From Candidatus Gottesmanbacteria bacterium GW2011_GWA2_43_14 (GTDB lineage Bacteria; Patescibacteriota; Microgenomatia; 2-02-FULL-39-11): a stretch of DNA of 64,000 nt. Position 1 is the stretch's first letter, and the number at the start of each line of letters is the position of its first letter. The stretch covers positions 138,230-202,229 of the forward strand of contig LCFP01000001.1 in NCBI GenBank assembly GCA_000999095.1. Reading direction: 5' to 3'. The position numbers and the translations under genes were made by a program. Positions 51,382-59,622 of the stretch are shown in pieces. The notes below the pieces were generated by a model. It did not search any database. It worked only from the letters and a program-made list of their open reading frames with translations, and was not told the origin of the DNA.

Positions 51382-52773
51382 TTATTCAGACAGGTAAAAT
51401 TTACCCAGGCCATGCAAAGAGTAGTCGGTGATAATATCGTTCCTGCTGAAAATATACTGTAAAGCGTCCTGGTCGTTTAAAGCTAATTTATATTCCGAAT
51501 AAGGTTTTACCGAAAAAATTACCTTCTCATCCGCACCGAACGATACCGATTTGGCTTTGTCAGTCAATATTTTAGAAATTCTCGCCCGCCTTGGAGCCCA
51601 GTGGATTTTACTGTTGAAGGCAACCAAAGCGCAGGCTGAAATAATGGAAGAGGCAACCACGGCAATTGTCATCACTTTCCTGATTAATAGCCTGCTCTGA
51701 AAATTTAAATAATTGTGGAATACTACCGTCAGCGACAACAGCAGCCCGGCCATGGGTATTATTAAATAGTAACTGAAGACATGCAGGGGGAAAAAAATAA
51801 CCGGGGCAAGTCCGATTAAAAACCAGCTCAGACCGAAGTAAAAAAACCGGATGGAAGTTGTGTTTTTATTTTTTAAAAGATGGACAAGCGGTAAAAAGTA
51901 AAACAGCAGAATGTTAACAGCTAAACTCAGGCAAAAAACAGCCACATACGGGGCAAATTCCCTGACGAAGCGGGGATTCAGAAGACCGAAACGGTAAAAC
52001 TGGCCCTGGATTTCTTCCGGCCAATTGTTGCTCCATAAAAAGTAATTCCGCAAAGAATAAGCGGTTTCGCGCGCCACTCCCAGGGAATAACTCTCAGTTA
52101 CGGGAGGCGGGAAGAATAAAAACCTGATGCCGACAAGTATGGCAACGGGGACAAAATACGGCAATAGGCGCCAATAACTGATTTTGTTGATAATAAATGA
52201 GTATGACAACAACATCAAAGGCAGTACCGCTGTCATTTCATTTGTGAACAGTCCCAGAATAAATGCCGTCAGCGACAAAAAATACCACACGGCCTTGCCT
52301 TCACTAAACCTCAGAAAAAAATAGAATGAGGAAAACAATAAAAGCGGCCCCAGGAAAAACGGCAGGGTGGAGCTCCAGTAGAAAACAGTATAATGAACCC
52401 CGGAAACCGCATAGAGAATGGCGGACAGACGGGCCGGAAAGACAGAGCCTCCCATTTTTTTTATAAGCAAATATATCATAACTGTATTGGCTGCGTGCAA
52501 AACGAAATTCAGCAACCTGAAAGGCAGCTGGTTCAGACCGAAAAATGACTGCAGAAGATAAAAAGGGATTTGCATGCCTAACGGTCTGTAATAGATGACA
52601 TCTCGTCTTGGGACAAAAAAAGCTGCAATTGCAGCAAGATCAGCTCCCCGGCTGATCTTCAGGGTAAACCAGTCGTCCTGGAAAAAATAGGACCCCAGTG
52701 ACTGGCGATAGATAACAAAGGAAATAAAAATTGCACCGGCCAACAGGATAAGTGACTTATAGTTGGATCTCAT
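51382..52773 (-). CDS. GT-C-type membrane protein (TMTC/PMT-like N-terminal region)
   Basis: YFFQDDW, YYRPL, LHAAN, GLFTNE motifs; polytopic. Confidence 0.7.
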   Translation of the reverse strand: MRSNYKSLILLAGAIFISFVIYRQSLGSYFFQDDWFTLKISRGADLAAIAAFFVPRRDVIYYRPLGMQIPFYLLQSFFGLNQLPFRLLNFVLHAANTVMIYLLIKKMGGSVFPARLSAILYAVSGVHYTVFYWSSTLPFFLGPLLLFSSFYFFLRFSEGKAVWYFLSLTAFILGLFTNEMTAVLPLMLLSYSFIINKISYWRLLPYFVPVAILVGIRFLFFPPPVTESYSLGVARETAYSLRNYFLWSNNWPEEIQGQFYRFGLLNPRFVREFAPYVAVFCLSLAVNILLFYFLPLVHLLKNKNTTSIRFFYFGLSWFLIGLAPVIFFPLHVFSYYLIIPMAGLLLSLTVVFHNYLNFQSRLLIRKVMTIAVVASSIISACALVAFNSKIHWAPRRARISKILTDKAKSVSFGADEKVIFSVKPYSEYKLALNDQDALQYIFSRNDIITDYSLHGLGKFYLSE

Positions 52774-52775
52774 GT

Positions 52776-53171
52776 CTATTTTTCAATTTCAGCTACAATT
52801 GTTTTGCCTCCCAAACCCCAGGAGTATCCGACAACCAGATACTCCACCTCTTTTTTACCGATCGCTTCCATCGTGTGAGGACTTTTTGCCGGTATCATGA
52901 CTGCATCCCCGGAACGGATAATTTCCGCCTCACCGTCGACCATAATCCTGGCCCGGCCCGAGGCAATTATAAATATTTCGATTAAATCTTCATGGTAATG
53001 CAGCCGGAATTTTTTGCCGGCCGGAATTCTCGCCCAATTGATCATTTGCGGCGACAAACCCTTGGGAAAATCCAGCTTTTCAAACAAGCGACGTCGGTAT
53101 GATCCCGGATTGTCTTCACTTTCATGGCTGGCCGGAACTTCCCTTATTTTGCTGCTTCTGATAATTATCAT
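52776..53171 (-). CDS. Cupin-domain protein
   Basis: LHYHEDLIEIFIIASG...GDAVMIPAKSPH metal-binding cupin motifs. Confidence 0.88.
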   Translation of the reverse strand: MIIIRSSKIREVPASHESEDNPGSYRRRLFEKLDFPKGLSPQMINWARIPAGKKFRLHYHEDLIEIFIIASGRARIMVDGEAEIIRSGDAVMIPAKSPHTMEAIGKKEVEYLVVGYSWGLGGKTIVAEIEK

Positions 53172-53190
53172 TCTTAATTCAGTGCCAAAT

Positions 53191-53198
53191 AGTATAAT
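53191..53198. promoter_or_regulatory. Overlapping bidirectional -10 elements for the cupin gene and tgt
   Basis: AGTATAAT reads TATAAT on + (53193-53198) and TATACT on - (53196-53191), within a 41-bp divergent gap. Confidence 0.55.
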
Positions 53199-53212
53199 GC
53201 AAAATACGGTTT

Positions 53213-54382
53213 ATGACCAAGCTTAAATTTTCAATCGAAGCCACCGACGGCACTGCCAGGACCGGCAGCATCCGTACTGAGCATGGCATAATTGCCACCC
53301 CGGCTTTTGTTCCGGTAGGCACGGCAGCTTCGGTTAAATCCCTGACCCCGGATGAAATCGAAAATACGGGTCACCGTGTCTTTTTCGTTAATACCTACCA
53401 CATGATCTTCCGTCCCGGCCTGGAAACCGTAAAACACGCCGGCGGGCTTCACAAGTTTATGAACTGGCCGCATGTATTGATGACTGATTCCGGCGGATTC
53501 CAGGCATTTTCCCTTTCTGAAAACGGCCCCCGGGTTAAAGAAAACAGGGCAACGGAAAGATCCCTTGTCAAAATTACTGACCAGGGCATTGCTTTTAAAT
53601 CCGCCTGGGACGGCAGTCCGGTATTTTTGGGGCCCGGGGAATCAATGGCAGCACAGGGAATACTGGGTGCTGATCTGGTCATGGCTTTTGATGAATGCAC
53701 TTTTTATCCCATCAGCGAAAAAAGGGCCGGCCTGGCAATGGACAGGACCCATGCCTGGGCAAAAGTTTGCCTGGAATCCAGAAATCTTCTTAAGTCCCGG
53801 CAGTCGCTCTATGGTATTATCCAGGGATCCGTTTACAAACGATTAAGGATCAATTCAGCAAAATTTATGGCTTCATTGCCTTTTGACGGTTTGGCTATTG
53901 GCAGCGTCGCCAACAGCCGGGAACCTAGGGATAAAGTCTTTGCCGTCCTTGACTGGACCATGCCTCTTCTAAGTGAAACTGCCAAGCCTATACATTTCCT
54001 GGGTATAGGGGAAATCGAAGACATAATCCTGTCGGTCGAAAAAGGCATTGATTCATTGGATTGCATTACACCTACCAGGCTGGGAAGGATGGGCTGGCTG
54101 TTTACAAAAGAAGCCGGACTTAAAAATAAATTCCGCTATGATATAACACACAGGCAGTATGCGCGTGACCTGCAACCGCCGGATCCTTTATGCAAGTGCT
54201 ATGCCTGTCTCAATTTCAACCGCAGCTATCTTCACCACCTTTTTAAAAGCCGCGAACTTCTAGCCCTTCGTCTGGCAACAATGCATAACCTCTATTTTTT
54301 CGCGGACTTGATGGGGAAAATCAGACAATCAATAAGGGAACGGCACTTTTCAACGCTTAAAAAAGAGTGGCTGAATTATTAA
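53213..54382 (+). CDS. tgt: tRNA-guanine transglycosylase
   Basis: TPAFVPVGT, NTYH, TDSGGFQ, FDEC, GIIQG, DCITPTR, Zn site CKCYAC...HN. Confidence 0.95.
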   Translation: MTKLKFSIEATDGTARTGSIRTEHGIIATPAFVPVGTAASVKSLTPDEIENTGHRVFFVNTYHMIFRPGLETVKHAGGLHKFMNWPHVLMTDSGGFQAFSLSENGPRVKENRATERSLVKITDQGIAFKSAWDGSPVFLGPGESMAAQGILGADLVMAFDECTFYPISEKRAGLAMDRTHAWAKVCLESRNLLKSRQSLYGIIQGSVYKRLRINSAKFMASLPFDGLAIGSVANSREPRDKVFAVLDWTMPLLSETAKPIHFLGIGEIEDIILSVEKGIDSLDCITPTRLGRMGWLFTKEAGLKNKFRYDITHRQYARDLQPPDPLCKCYACLNFNRSYLHHLFKSRELLALRLATMHNLYFFADLMGKIRQSIRERHFSTLKKEWLNY

Positions 54383-55090
54383 CCGGAAGTAAAGCCTTAA
54401 ATACAATTCAAGATAGCTTCTGGTCATTTTATAAAGTTTAAAATTGGAAACACCTTTGACCCGGTTGGTGTAAACGGTCGGCACTTCTCCCAGCTTAAAA
54501 CCCGCCAGATAAGCTTTGATGGCAAACTCCGGCGAAATGCTGAAACCCGGTTCCTCAAGTATGATTTTTCCCATTATATTTTTTTTGAATCCCCTGAAGG
54601 CATTTGTTATGTCATGGACCGGTACCCGGAAAAAGATTCTGGCCAGTTTGGTTCCGGAAGAAGATAAATAAGCTTTTAGGGGATCGAGATTCCCGCGGCT
54701 GCCTCCGGGCATATATCGTGATCCGAAAACCAAATCATAACCCCGGCTGATTTTTTTAATGATTTCCGCATATGTTTCCGGATCATCGGCCATATCGCCC
54801 ATTGTCCAGATAATAACCTCTCCGCGAGCTTTATCTGTGCCTGCCAGCAAGGCCAAACCCATGGTATTACCGTTCTCCATATTGTCTTTTTTGCGGAATA
54901 TAGGCCTGATATGCTTATTTGCCATAGACATGTCTCTGAGGATGGCGGCTGTGCGGTCGCTGCTTCGGTCATCAACCGGGATAATCTCAAAATTTAATTT
55001 CCGGCTATTGGCAAAAGTTAAAACATTTTCCAGCATCTGCCGGCAATTTTTTTCTTCGTTGTGGAAAGGGATGATAAAGGAAACGGTCAT
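54350..55090 (-). CDS. Polyprenyl-phosphate-sugar synthase-like GT2
   Basis: IPFHNEE, VDDRSSD, MGDMADDP, FGSRY, DITNAFRGF, EVPT...R..GVSNF. Confidence 0.85.
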   Translation of the reverse strand: MTVSFIIPFHNEEKNCRQMLENVLTFANSRKLNFEIIPVDDRSSDRTAAILRDMSMANKHIRPIFRKKDNMENGNTMGLALLAGTDKARGEVIIWTMGDMADDPETYAEIIKKISRGYDLVFGSRYMPGGSRGNLDPLKAYLSSSGTKLARIFFRVPVHDITNAFRGFKKNIMGKIILEEPGFSISPEFAIKAYLAGFKLGEVPTVYTNRVKGVSNFKLYKMTRSYLELYLRLYFRLIIQPLFFKR

Positions 55091-56208
55091 CTTAAACCAT
55101 GCTCTTCCAATTCATACATTGCCTTTTCTACTAGGTCGACTGCTTTTTCATTCTTTCCCCATTCTATGACTTCCGCCAAACCCTGCTCCAGGGATATCTT
55201 CGGCGACCAGCCCAATAGCCTGTTTATTTTGCCCGTATCGGCAAAACAGTGCCTGACATCCAGTTTCCTGACTTTGCCGCTTATTTCCGGTTTTAAATCT
55301 GCCCGGAAAAGTCTGATCAAAATTTCCGCGACTTCCAATATAGTCGTCGGGCGGCCGCTGCCGACATTAAAAACCTGGTAATCGGCTGCGCTTATTTCAA
55401 GAGAGCTTCGGCAGGCTGCTACCACATCCCGGATATGGATAAAATCCCGGGTTTGTCCGCCGTCTTCGTTTATGAGAGGCGCCTTGCCGTTTTTAATCCG
55501 GCTTATGAAAATGGCAGCCACGCCGTTGTACGGATTGGACAGGCTTTGCCTTGGACCATAGACATTGAAAAAACGCAAAGCAACTGCCGGTATGTTGTAG
55601 GCGGCGCCTATATTGAGCACCATTTCCTCTTGATTTTTTTTGCTGATGGCATAAATGGAATTTGAATTCTGTTTGGCTTCCTCGTCCGTGGCGACGGGTT
55701 TAACCGGTTTACGGCATTTCGGACAAAAATTCCGGAAATCCTTTTTTTTCAATTGCTCTTCGCTTCTCAAGGGAGGCCTGACCTGACCGCAGTCATGGCA
55801 ATGGTAACTGCCTTCCCCGTAGGAACTCATGGAAGCAGCCACCAGCATTTTTTTAACCGTATGTTTTCCGTTGGCCAATATATCCAGCAGAATGGCGGTG
55901 CCGGTTGAGTTGACATGCACATAACGCTCTATTTCATACATGCTCTGCCCGACCCCGACAGCCGAGGCGAAATGGACGACTGCCTCAACACCGGCAAGGG
56001 CTTTTAGCCAATCGGCCCGCCTGACAACATCGCCCCGCATAAATTCCGCTTTCGGATTAAAATAGTCCGGCAGGCGGCCGGAAGGATGGATCTGTTTATC
56101 GAGACTGTCCAAAACCCTTACCTCGTATCCGCCGGAAATAAGGCCGTCTACCAGGTGGGAACCGATAAATCCGGCACCTCCCGTAACCAGTATTTTTTTA
56201 AATTTCAT
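55087..56208 (-). CDS. NAD-dependent epimerase/dehydratase, WbiB-like, with CxxC...CxxC insertion (ORF track start 56349)
   Basis: TGGAGFIG, AVGVGQSMY, SMSSYGEG.YHCHDC..CPKC, YAISK, QSLSNPY; ATG 56208 overlaps the upstream TGA. Confidence 0.85.
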   Translation of the reverse strand: MKFKKILVTGGAGFIGSHLVDGLISGGYEVRVLDSLDKQIHPSGRLPDYFNPKAEFMRGDVVRRADWLKALAGVEAVVHFASAVGVGQSMYEIERYVHVNSTGTAILLDILANGKHTVKKMLVAASMSSYGEGSYHCHDCGQVRPPLRSEEQLKKKDFRNFCPKCRKPVKPVATDEEAKQNSNSIYAISKKNQEEMVLNIGAAYNIPAVALRFFNVYGPRQSLSNPYNGVAAIFISRIKNGKAPLINEDGGQTRDFIHIRDVVAACRSSLEISAADYQVFNVGSGRPTTILEVAEILIRLFRADLKPEISGKVRKLDVRHCFADTGKINRLLGWSPKISLEQGLAEVIEWGKNEKAVDLVEKAMYELEEHGLR

Positions 56209-57224
56209 ATAAATATATCTTTGTTGTTCTTTACCCAGCGGTAAAGTTTCCCTACCCCTTCCTCTACGCTTACCTCCGGTTTCCAGCCTAAAGTTTTTTC
56301 TGCCTTGCGGATATCGCTGATATATACTTTCTGGTCGCCGGGCCGCCAATTGTCGTATTTGACTTTGATTTTTTTACCGTATAGATCTTCCAGCATGGGA
56401 CCGAATTTGCTCCAGACAGACAGAAGATTTTTCGATCCTCCGCCGACATTAAAAACTTTCCCGCGTGCCCTATCTATCTTCCTGACTGTCGTTTCAAACA
56501 GTCTAACCAGATCTGTTATATATAAAATATCCCTTACCTGTTTTCCGTCACCGTAAATGGTTATCGGCTTTCCGAGAAGGACGGCTATAATGAACCAGGC
56601 AACCCAGCCCTGGTCTTCAACACCGAACTGGCGGGGGCCGTAAATGCAGGATTGGCGGAAGACTACCGTTGGTAAATCATAGATGCGGGAATAGTCATGC
56701 ATATACTGGTCGGCCGCACCTTTGGAACACCCGTAGGGGGAATGGAAATCCAGATTGAATTCTTCGGAGATGCCATTGGGATAATCTGCATACAGATAAC
56801 CGTCTTTTTTTTCGATTATTTTTAAGTTTTCCATCCCGCCGTACACTTTATTTGTCGAGGCATAAATGATAATCGGTTTGATTTTATTTTTTCTGACCGC
56901 TTCCAGTAAATTGAAAGTTCCGGCCATATTTATGTCAAAATCAGTCCGGGGATCTTCAACAGAGGTCGTTACCGCCACCTGCCCTGCCAAATGGAAAATA
57001 ATATCCCTGCCCCGGACGGCTTTATTCAATATTTCCGGCTGCCTGATATCACCGTTGATGAATTCCACCGATCCCGTCCCTTTCAGCCAGTCCAAATTTA
57101 CCCGGCTGCCCTGCCTTGAAAGGTTATCCAATACAGCTACCCGGTATTTTTTTTTGAGGAAGTAAGCTGCCAGATTAGAACCGATAAAACCGGCACCGCC
57201 GGTGATTAATAGTCTGTTATTCAT
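56205..57224 (-). CDS. rfbE: CDP-paratose 2-epimerase (CDP-tyvelose epimerase)-like SDR
   Basis: HLAGQVAVTTS, STNKVYG, FHSPYGCSKGAADQY, FRQSCIYG, DQGWVAWF, GKQVRD. Confidence 0.8.
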   Translation of the reverse strand: MNNRLLITGGAGFIGSNLAAYFLKKKYRVAVLDNLSRQGSRVNLDWLKGTGSVEFINGDIRQPEILNKAVRGRDIIFHLAGQVAVTTSVEDPRTDFDINMAGTFNLLEAVRKNKIKPIIIYASTNKVYGGMENLKIIEKKDGYLYADYPNGISEEFNLDFHSPYGCSKGAADQYMHDYSRIYDLPTVVFRQSCIYGPRQFGVEDQGWVAWFIIAVLLGKPITIYGDGKQVRDILYITDLVRLFETTVRKIDRARGKVFNVGGGSKNLLSVWSKFGPMLEDLYGKKIKVKYDNWRPGDQKVYISDIRKAEKTLGWKPEVSVEEGVGKLYRWVKNNKDIFI

Positions 57225-57958
57225 TTTGCTCTCAGTTTAAGCCACGGCTTCTGCCAAAAAAGCCTCCACAGTCCCTCCAAATCTCCATAGACAGTCCGTA
57301 GCACCCTGACTGTCGAACCCGGATTATCCGTCCAGATCACAGGAATCTGTTTTACGCGGTAACCCATTTTTTCCCCTACAATCAAAAGCTCACTGTCGAA
57401 AAACCAGGCATTATCTTCAAGATGCGGTATCAGGTTGTCTGCCAGTTTCCTGGTTATCCCCTTGAATCCGCATTGGGCGTCGGAAAAACCGACACCGAAA
57501 AAAATCCTGATCAGAATATTGTAAACCCTGGAGAGGATTTCCCTTTTTATTGTCCTGCCGACGACTTTTGATTCCGGCAGCAGCCTGGAACCAATCGCTA
57601 TATCATAGCCGTTCTCCAAGGAGGACACAAGAGTATTTAAGGCCGATAAATCAGTGGACAAATCAACATCCATATAGCATAAAATGGCAGCCCGGCTTTT
57701 TAACCAGGCCTTTTTTACCGCCCGGCCTCTTCCCTTTTTATCCAGATGCAGGACTCCAACATTATCCAGTTCCCGGCTTAATTTTTCGGCAATTGTTAAA
57801 CTCCTGTCTGTTGAAGCGTTGTCGGCAATGGTAATATGCCAATCGCGACCTTGCAGGTGCACTTTAAGGAAACGGCAGAGGCGATTAACGGAATCTGTCA
57901 GCTCTTCTTCCTCATTAAAAATAGGAATGACTATTTCGAGATCGGTTTTTTTAGCCAT
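57221..57958 (-). CDS. Dolichyl/polyprenyl-phosphate glycosyltransferase (ALG5/DPG synthase-like GT2)
   Basis: IPIFNEE, KGRGRAV, YMDVDLSTD, IGSRL, DAQCGFK, WFFDSELL. Confidence 0.88.
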   Translation of the reverse strand: MAKKTDLEIVIPIFNEEEELTDSVNRLCRFLKVHLQGRDWHITIADNASTDRSLTIAEKLSRELDNVGVLHLDKKGRGRAVKKAWLKSRAAILCYMDVDLSTDLSALNTLVSSLENGYDIAIGSRLLPESKVVGRTIKREILSRVYNILIRIFFGVGFSDAQCGFKGITRKLADNLIPHLEDNAWFFDSELLIVGEKMGYRVKQIPVIWTDNPGSTVRVLRTVYGDLEGLWRLFWQKPWLKLRAK

Positions 57959-59622
57959 AATTTAGTTGAATATCCGGATGATAAATATAGTAGCAAACAC
58001 AGAGATAAAAAGGAAACGCTATTTGACACCTTTCTGACCGGAGTGTCCTTAAGTCTGAATTCGATGAGTTTTTTGCCTGACGGCACTTCAAATGACAATT
58101 TGCCCTCTATTTTGGCGGCCGGCACTTTATTACTATCGACCGAAACATTCCAACCCGGAAAAAAGGGTAGACTTGTTACCAGCCGGCCTCCTGCACCTTC
58201 CACCATATATATTTTATGTTCAGCCGTATCCTTGACTGATACTGCCTGTTGGCCGACAAGACCGCTGAATGGCGTGCGGTAAACTTCCTCTGCAGAAGAA
58301 GGCCTGGGAAAATCTTCCGGTAAATATTCATCGGATATTAAAGATGAGTTAAACCGCAAATTTTCAGTGTTGAGAAATTCATCCGCTTCGGGGTAGTACA
58401 GCGTTTGCGGCAGGAAATATTTAGGATAAAATATCAGACTGGCGGAAATTATGACCGCCGATAAAAATAAACTGTAATGCTTTGAAGTAAACCTGAACAG
58501 GCCGGTTACCAGAATTACCGAAAAAAGCAGGATGAAATTCAAAAAACGCCAGGGATATTGGATAAAAGTAAAACCGGGTATCATCCGGTAGACGGACGCG
58601 GACATCTCCAGGGTCATCAAAACACATATAATCAAAAAAACAAGGCTGATTAAATAAAAAAACTTGAGGCTGTTTTTCATTTTTTTACTTATGTAAACGC
58701 CTGTCAGGAGAATGATTGAGGCCAGCGTTAATAATATGTGCCATTTACCAATTTTAAATGACATGCCGTCGGCAAGACCCGGCCCTGACCCGGCAAAACC
58801 CCAGGCAGAATCCCATAATTGTCCGGGGGTTACAAAATGCTGCTCAAAATTACTCCCCTCAGTCTTAAGTTTGTCTACAGAAGTATAAGCCTGTTCCGCA
58901 AAAGCGGGAAAGATAAAAAAAGCCGATAAACCAACACCCAAAACAACCATCATTAAATATTTTTTTAAATCATGTTTCGAAAAATACATAATCGGCAGTA
59001 AAAGAAGGGACACTGCCGAAATGATTAGCCCGCTGATATTATGACTTAAAAAAATCCCCGCCAGCCCGACACTGCCCAGAAGAAATCCCCGTCTCTTTTT
59101 TGCGGCCTGTTCTGCCATACACCAATAGATGCCCAGAAAAAAGAGGGGCAGGAAGGCATAGGCATAGTATTCACCGACAGCCCCCCTGACATAGATATTG
59201 ACGGCATGATAAGGAGCATACAGGTAAAGAATAGCGGCTGCTATTCCGGCCACCCTTCCTGACAGAGACGCCGCCAAAAAATACATCAAAAGGGGCGCCA
59301 ACAATGCCCCGGCAAGATACATCAAATTAGTAGCAGTAAACAGGTCAAACCCCGACAAGTAAAATAATGCTCCCGTATAGTAAGGCAACGGAGCATAAAA
59401 ATTGAACAACGGATAACCGTAACCATAACCTAAATTTCCGACCATACGGACCGGAAACTGGCCTGACTTTAATTGCTCCGCCATCTCAAAAACACGAGCC
59501 TGCTGTGTTTTGTCATGGACCGGAAAAACAGCACTGCCGGTCAGGTGGCTGACAGCAGGATAAGAAAATAACAAAAGCAACAGAATGACCGGCAGGTGTT
59601 TCCTAATTAATGGAATCATCAT
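57931..59622 (-). CDS. PTPS-related/YfhO-like GT-C membrane protein (ORF track start 59688)
   Basis: VHDKTQ..R, GQFPVR..LGYGYGYPLFNFYAPLP, RGAVGE, QYPWRF, FFPGW. Confidence 0.8.
   Translation of the reverse strand: MMIPLIRKHLPVILLLLLFSYPAVSHLTGSAVFPVHDKTQQARVFEMAEQLKSGQFPVRMVGNLGYGYGYPLFNFYAPLPYYTGALFYLSGFDLFTATNLMYLAGALLAPLLMYFLAASLSGRVAGIAAAILYLYAPYHAVNIYVRGAVGEYYAYAFLPLFFLGIYWCMAEQAAKKRRGFLLGSVGLAGIFLSHNISGLIISAVSLLLLPIMYFSKHDLKKYLMMVVLGVGLSAFFIFPAFAEQAYTSVDKLKTEGSNFEQHFVTPGQLWDSAWGFAGSGPGLADGMSFKIGKWHILLTLASIILLTGVYISKKMKNSLKFFYLISLVFLIICVLMTLEMSASVYRMIPGFTFIQYPWRFLNFILLFSVILVTGLFRFTSKHYSLFLSAVIISASLIFYPKYFLPQTLYYPEADEFLNTENLRFNSSLISDEYLPEDFPRPSSAEEVYRTPFSGLVGQQAVSVKDTAEHKIYMVEGAGGRLVTSLPFFPGWNVSVDSNKVPAAKIEGKLSFEVPSGKKLIEFRLKDTPVRKVSNSVSFLSLCLLLYLSSGYSTKLWLKKPISK

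Noticed and set aside
53213-54382. tgt as a DNA-modifying DpdA
   Set aside because: Length and motifs fit a tRNA TGT, and no dpdB/C or other dpd genes are nearby.
53213-55090. Adjacent GT2 as a queuosine-glycosylating enzyme
   Set aside because: The GT2 looks like a polyprenyl-phosphate transferase and belongs to the opposite-strand operon; adjacency alone is not evidence.
56209-56349. 47-aa N-terminal extension of the 55087 epimerase, and similar extensions at 17801, 18117, 34735 and 59688
   Set aside because: They overlap upstream genes extensively; downstream ATGs coupled to the upstream stop give family-typical N-termini.
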